This document shows, in pieces, positions 34,719-37,959 of a DNA stretch of 37,959 nt. Location of the stretch: IMG/VR virus record IMGVR_UViG_3300025018_000292, positions 1 through 37,959 of that record; one strand, given 5' to 3'. Numbering within the stretch: the stretch's first letter is position 1; every line of letters begins with the position of its first letter. The stretch is from a virus (taxonomy: Duplodnaviria > Caudoviricetes). The notes below the pieces were generated by a model. That model was not told the origin of the DNA. It saw only the letters and a program-made list of their open reading frames with translations, and searched no databases. The translations under genes were made by a program, and so were the position numbers.

Positions 34719-35699
34719 TTGGGCCTTAAGCACAGAAACCTTATCGAGCGCATCATTGCTGACGCCAACATGAGGGACGCATACAGAAAGACAGCAGCGG
34801 GCCGACGCATGAGCGACGGGGCGCTGACCTTCAAGGAATACTCGGAGTACAATCTCGGCCGCTTGGCGCTGGATCTGCACAGCGGAGAATATGTGCCTGG
34901 CACGGCCCATCGCTTCTATGTCTACGAGCCCAAGGCACGGCTGATCTCGGCGCTGCCGTTTCGTGACCGCGTGGCGCAGCATGCGGTTCACAATGTGATC
35001 GCGCCAATCTTCGAGGCGACCTTTCTGCCGCGCTCGTTTGCCTGCCGCAAGGGTATGGGCACCCATGCCGGAGTGAAAGCGGTACAAGCGGAACTTCGCC
35101 GCATGTCGGCGGGTGGGCCGGTCTACTTCCTGAAGACGGATTTTTCCCGCTTCTTCTCCTCGATCGAGCGGAACACGCTGAACAGCATGATCCGGAAGAA
35201 AATCAGTTGCACGGGCGCCATCAGGGTCATTGAGGCAATGGTTCCGCCTGATGGCATCGGCCTGCCGATCGGCAGTCTGACCAGCCAGCTATTCGCCAAT
35301 GTGTATGCGACGGCGCTCGACCGGTTTCTGAGCCAGGAGCTCTTCGAGAAGGTCTGGTTCCGCTACATGGATGACATGGTCATTCTGGGCCGCGACATGG
35401 CGCATCTTCATGCGGTTCGCGCCGAGATCGAGCGCTTTTCCGCCGAGCGTCTAGGCCTGCGCTTCTCGAAATGGTCCGTGGCGCCAGCCAGCCGGGGCAT
35501 CAACTTTCTCGGCTATCGCATCTGGGCCGGCCACAAGCTGTTGCGCCGAGACAGCGTTGCCCGCGCCAAGCGGAAGATCCGTGTCCTTCGGGCGACGGGC
35601 CAGACCGAAAAACTCGACAAGTTTGTTGCTGCCTGGGTTGGCCATGCGCAATGGGCCGACAGCCGCAACCTGCTTCGACATCTGCAACTGAGGGCATGA
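34719..35699 (+). CDS. brt: DGR reverse transcriptase (about 326 aa, TTG start)
   Basis: KHRNLI, VYEPK.RLISALPFRDRV.QHA, ACRKG.GTHAGV, KTDFSRFF, GLPIGSLTSQLFAN, RYMDD, INFLGY. Confidence 0.96.
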   Translation: MGLKHRNLIERIIADANMRDAYRKTAAGRRMSDGALTFKEYSEYNLGRLALDLHSGEYVPGTAHRFYVYEPKARLISALPFRDRVAQHAVHNVIAPIFEATFLPRSFACRKGMGTHAGVKAVQAELRRMSAGGPVYFLKTDFSRFFSSIERNTLNSMIRKKISCTGAIRVIEAMVPPDGIGLPIGSLTSQLFANVYATALDRFLSQELFEKVWFRYMDDMVILGRDMAHLHAVRAEIERFSAERLGLRFSKWSVAPASRGINFLGYRIWAGHKLLRRDSVARAKRKIRVLRATGQTEKLDKFVAAWVGHAQWADSRNLLRHLQLRA

Positions 35700-36337
35700 C
35701 GATGATTTCAACGCGGAAAGACCTTGATGCACTGGCGGGCACCCCGGAGCATGACGCCTTCATGCAGATGCTTGAGGGGTCGCTCTACCGGGTGCACTTC
35801 GACACGGGCGCCCGGCAGTGGGTGGCCACTGAAGACGACACCATGATTGCGCGATATGGTTTCGCGTTGACGGACTTTCCGGACAGGCAGGCTCCAGATC
35901 TCGGGAGCAAGACGCCGCCGCCGCCAGCGTACCCCACCGCCGATGCCGCCAAAGCCGCGATGATCCAGTGGGCCAGTGACTTCATGGCATCTGTTACTGG
36001 CCCTGTGCCGATTGACGAACGTCTGTCTTGGGACGCCAAAGAGGCCGCAGCTCGCGCCTATGTCGCGGAGACTGCGGACGCTGCGCAAACCGCGATGATC
36101 GACGGCGAAGCGGCGATCACCGGGGAAGTCCCGGCTGACCTTGCGGCGATCATCATTGCCCGCGCTGACACCTTCCGCGCAGTCGTTGCCAGGGTGGCGG
36201 GCCTCCGTCGCAAGACCATTGCTGCGATTGATGCGGTAACAGACCCGGCTGATTACGAAGTGGCGCTGATTGCGGCAAAGGCCGAGGCGATCACATTGGC
36301 GGCAGCGCTTGGTATCACGGTGCCTGGGGAGGGCTGA
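35696..36337 (+). CDS. Two-part protein; C-terminal half resembles tail-fibre assembly chaperones
   Basis: ATGA overlap with RT; proline linker PPPPAYP; ERLSW..KE..ARAY, A.ITGE...LA..I. Confidence 0.65.
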   Translation: MTMISTRKDLDALAGTPEHDAFMQMLEGSLYRVHFDTGARQWVATEDDTMIARYGFALTDFPDRQAPDLGSKTPPPPAYPTADAAKAAMIQWASDFMASVTGPVPIDERLSWDAKEAAARAYVAETADAAQTAMIDGEAAITGEVPADLAAIIIARADTFRAVVARVAGLRRKTIAAIDAVTDPADYEVALIAAKAEAITLAAALGITVPGEG

Positions 36338-36340
36338 TAG

Positions 36341-36670
36341 GTGGGCAACATTCTCTTTTCCAATAATGCTTCGGGCGCATTGTCAGCCGACATCACAGAC
36401 AGCGCGACCACCCTCGTTCTCGCATCCGGACCGGAGGCCCTGTTCCCAAGTCCGTCCGCGAGCGAGTACAGCTACATGACGCTGACCGACTCGTCGGGCA
36501 ACATCGAAATCGTCAAGCTGACAGCGCGGTCGGGGACCAGCTGCACGATCGTTCGCGGACAGGACGGCACAAGCGCAAGGGCGTGGCTTGCTGGCGATTC
36601 TGTTTCAGTCCGATTGACGGCTTCCGCATTAAACCAGATTGCCATGCGCCTCATGAGTAGGGCGCTATAG
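36341..36670 (+). CDS. Stand-alone paralogue of the Mtd N-terminal anchor domain
   Basis: GN.EIVKLTAR.GTSCT.VRGQ.GT.A.AW..G...R.TA shared with 32733 protein. Confidence 0.8.
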   Translation: MGNILFSNNASGALSADITDSATTLVLASGPEALFPSPSASEYSYMTLTDSSGNIEIVKLTARSGTSCTIVRGQDGTSARAWLAGDSVSVRLTASALNQIAMRLMSRAL

Positions 36671-36684
36671 CCAAGCGAGGGGTC

Positions 36685-37959
36685 ATGACCGCCATCAACA
36701 TAGGCCAGTTCCGGGGCGAAATGCCGCGACTGATGCTGCGCAACCTCCCTGAAAACGCAGCCGAGGTTGCCACGGACGTTCGCCTTGATGATGGAGGCCT
36801 TACAGCCATCCGCAAGCCGGCGATCGAGAATGCCAATTTCGGAGCCTACGACACGATATTCCCATTCGACGGCGGATGGATCGGCTTCTCAGGGACCGTG
36901 CATGCGGCGCTGGGGCCAATAGCGACCGAGCGGCTTTACTACACCGGCGATGGCGCGCCGAAGATGCGGATAGGATCCACGATCTACCCGCTTGCGCTTG
37001 CAGCGCCGTCCACCGCCCTCACAGCATCAAAGAGCGGCACACCCTCATCCAGCGATGTCACCACCAGGCTTTATCTCTATACCTGGGTGACAGACTATGG
37101 CGAGGAGTCGGCTCCATGCCCGGCGTCGAATGAAATCGAGTGGAGCCCCGGCGAAACCGTGTCGCTGTCAGGGTTCGCCGCAACGCCATCCGGCCGCAAC
37201 ATCACCAAACAGCGCATATACCGGGCGCAGACCGGATCGTCGGGCACCTACTACTATCTGATAGCCGAGCGGAGCGCTTCAAACTCAAACTATTCCGACA
37301 CTGTTGGCGTCGACGGGTTTCAGGATCCGCTGCCGTCGATGGATTTCAACCCGCCATCAGACACTCTTGCCGGGCTTACCGCCATGGCCAACGGAATGAT
37401 GGCGGCGTTTGATGGCAACACGCTCTATTTCTGCGAGCCGTATCAGCCTCACGCCTGGCCCGAGAAATATGCGCTCTACACCGACGCACCGATTGTCGGC
37501 CTTGCCTTCATCAACGCCACGCTGATCGTGCTGACCGAAGGAAGCCCATATGCTGTTTCAGGGTCCGCGCCAGAGTCGATGCAGATGACAGAACTGGAAG
37601 CCGATGCCCCATGCCTGTCGGCGCGCTCTATCGTTGATCTCGGCAATGCCGTGGGGTGGGTCAGCGCAGAAGGGCTGATGGTGCTGGATGGCGGCGGCGT
37701 CAGGAACGCCACAGCCGGCGTGTTCAACTACGACACATGGCAGCAGTACGATCTAGCCAGCAGCTTCGGCTGCCAGATGCATGGGCGATACGTGTTCTTC
37801 TGGCGCAAGGAAGTCAGCAGCGGTGTCTATGATTATGGCACCATGCTGTTCGATCTTGCGACGGGCGCGACCGACAAGGTGAACCTGAGCGTCATCGCCC
37901 GCGCCGCACATTATCAGGCAAGCGAAGCCCAATTGCGCGTCATCGAGAGGTCAACAAAC
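36685..37959 (+). CDS. Large tail (tubular/nozzle-like) protein; 3'-truncated, absent from ORF track
   Basis: MTAINIGQFRGEMPR...RLYYTGDGAPK...YTWVTDYGEESAP...RIYR...NGMMAAF...EPYQPHAWP; frame open to window end. Confidence 0.8.
   Translation, partial: MTAINIGQFRGEMPRLMLRNLPENAAEVATDVRLDDGGLTAIRKPAIENANFGAYDTIFPFDGGWIGFSGTVHAALGPIATERLYYTGDGAPKMRIGSTIYPLALAAPSTALTASKSGTPSSSDVTTRLYLYTWVTDYGEESAPCPASNEIEWSPGETVSLSGFAATPSGRNITKQRIYRAQTGSSGTYYYLIAERSASNSNYSDTVGVDGFQDPLPSMDFNPPSDTLAGLTAMANGMMAAFDGNTLYFCEPYQPHAWPEKYALYTDAPIVGLAFINATLIVLTEGSPYAVSGSAPESMQMTELEADAPCLSARSIVDLGNAVGWVSAEGLMVLDGGGVRNATAGVFNYDTWQQYDLASSFGCQMHGRYVFFWRKEVSSGVYDYGTMLFDLATGATDKVNLSVIARAAHYQASEAQLRVIERSTN

Larger units (their letters stand above)
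32733..35699 (+). mobile_element. Diversity-generating retroelement (target-VR, avd, TR, spacer, RT), BPP-1 type
   Basis: All components present in BPP-1 order; A-specific VR/TR mismatches. Confidence 0.97.
1..37959. mobile_element. Temperate podovirus-like phage genome segment (alphaproteobacterial host), apparently excised/circular form
   Basis: Terminase, portal, capsid, tail, lysis, integrase and repressor genes fill the window; no host housekeeping genes; attP is internal. Confidence 0.95.

Noticed and set aside
1-37959. Second VR target for the DGR
   Set aside because: No other copy of the TR or its G/C tract seen by eye in this window; a self-BLAST of the whole genome would be decisive

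Overview
About 38 kb of a temperate, podovirus-like phage of an alphaproteobacterial host (it encodes GcrA- and GapR-like proteins and has an alpha-type LexA box). It is apparently in excised/circular form, because an intact attP (3' half of tRNA-Gly(TCC), 9749-9794, with arm repeats) lies next to the integrase with phage genes on both sides. Gene order: 3' end of a giant PLxRFG virion protein, a small leftward DHH-phosphoesterase operon, lysis genes, a long leftward early operon (HNH, MT-A70 methylase, J-domain protein, xis, int, attP, nuclease, SNF2 helicase, gcrA), cI/cro switch, split replication initiator and origin, gapR, terminase, Ntn-hydrolase, portal, scaffold, CsrA-like gene, an accessory cassette (DUF5131, Arr-like ADP-ribosyltransferase), N4-gp56-type capsid, adaptors and tail genes. 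The strongest signal is a complete BPP-1-type diversity-generating retroelement: an Mtd-like tail fibre with VR 33866-33981, avd, TR 34432-34547 and a reverse transcriptase. VR and TR differ at 9 of 116 positions, all TR adenines. Family assignments come from motif recognition only; no database searches were run.
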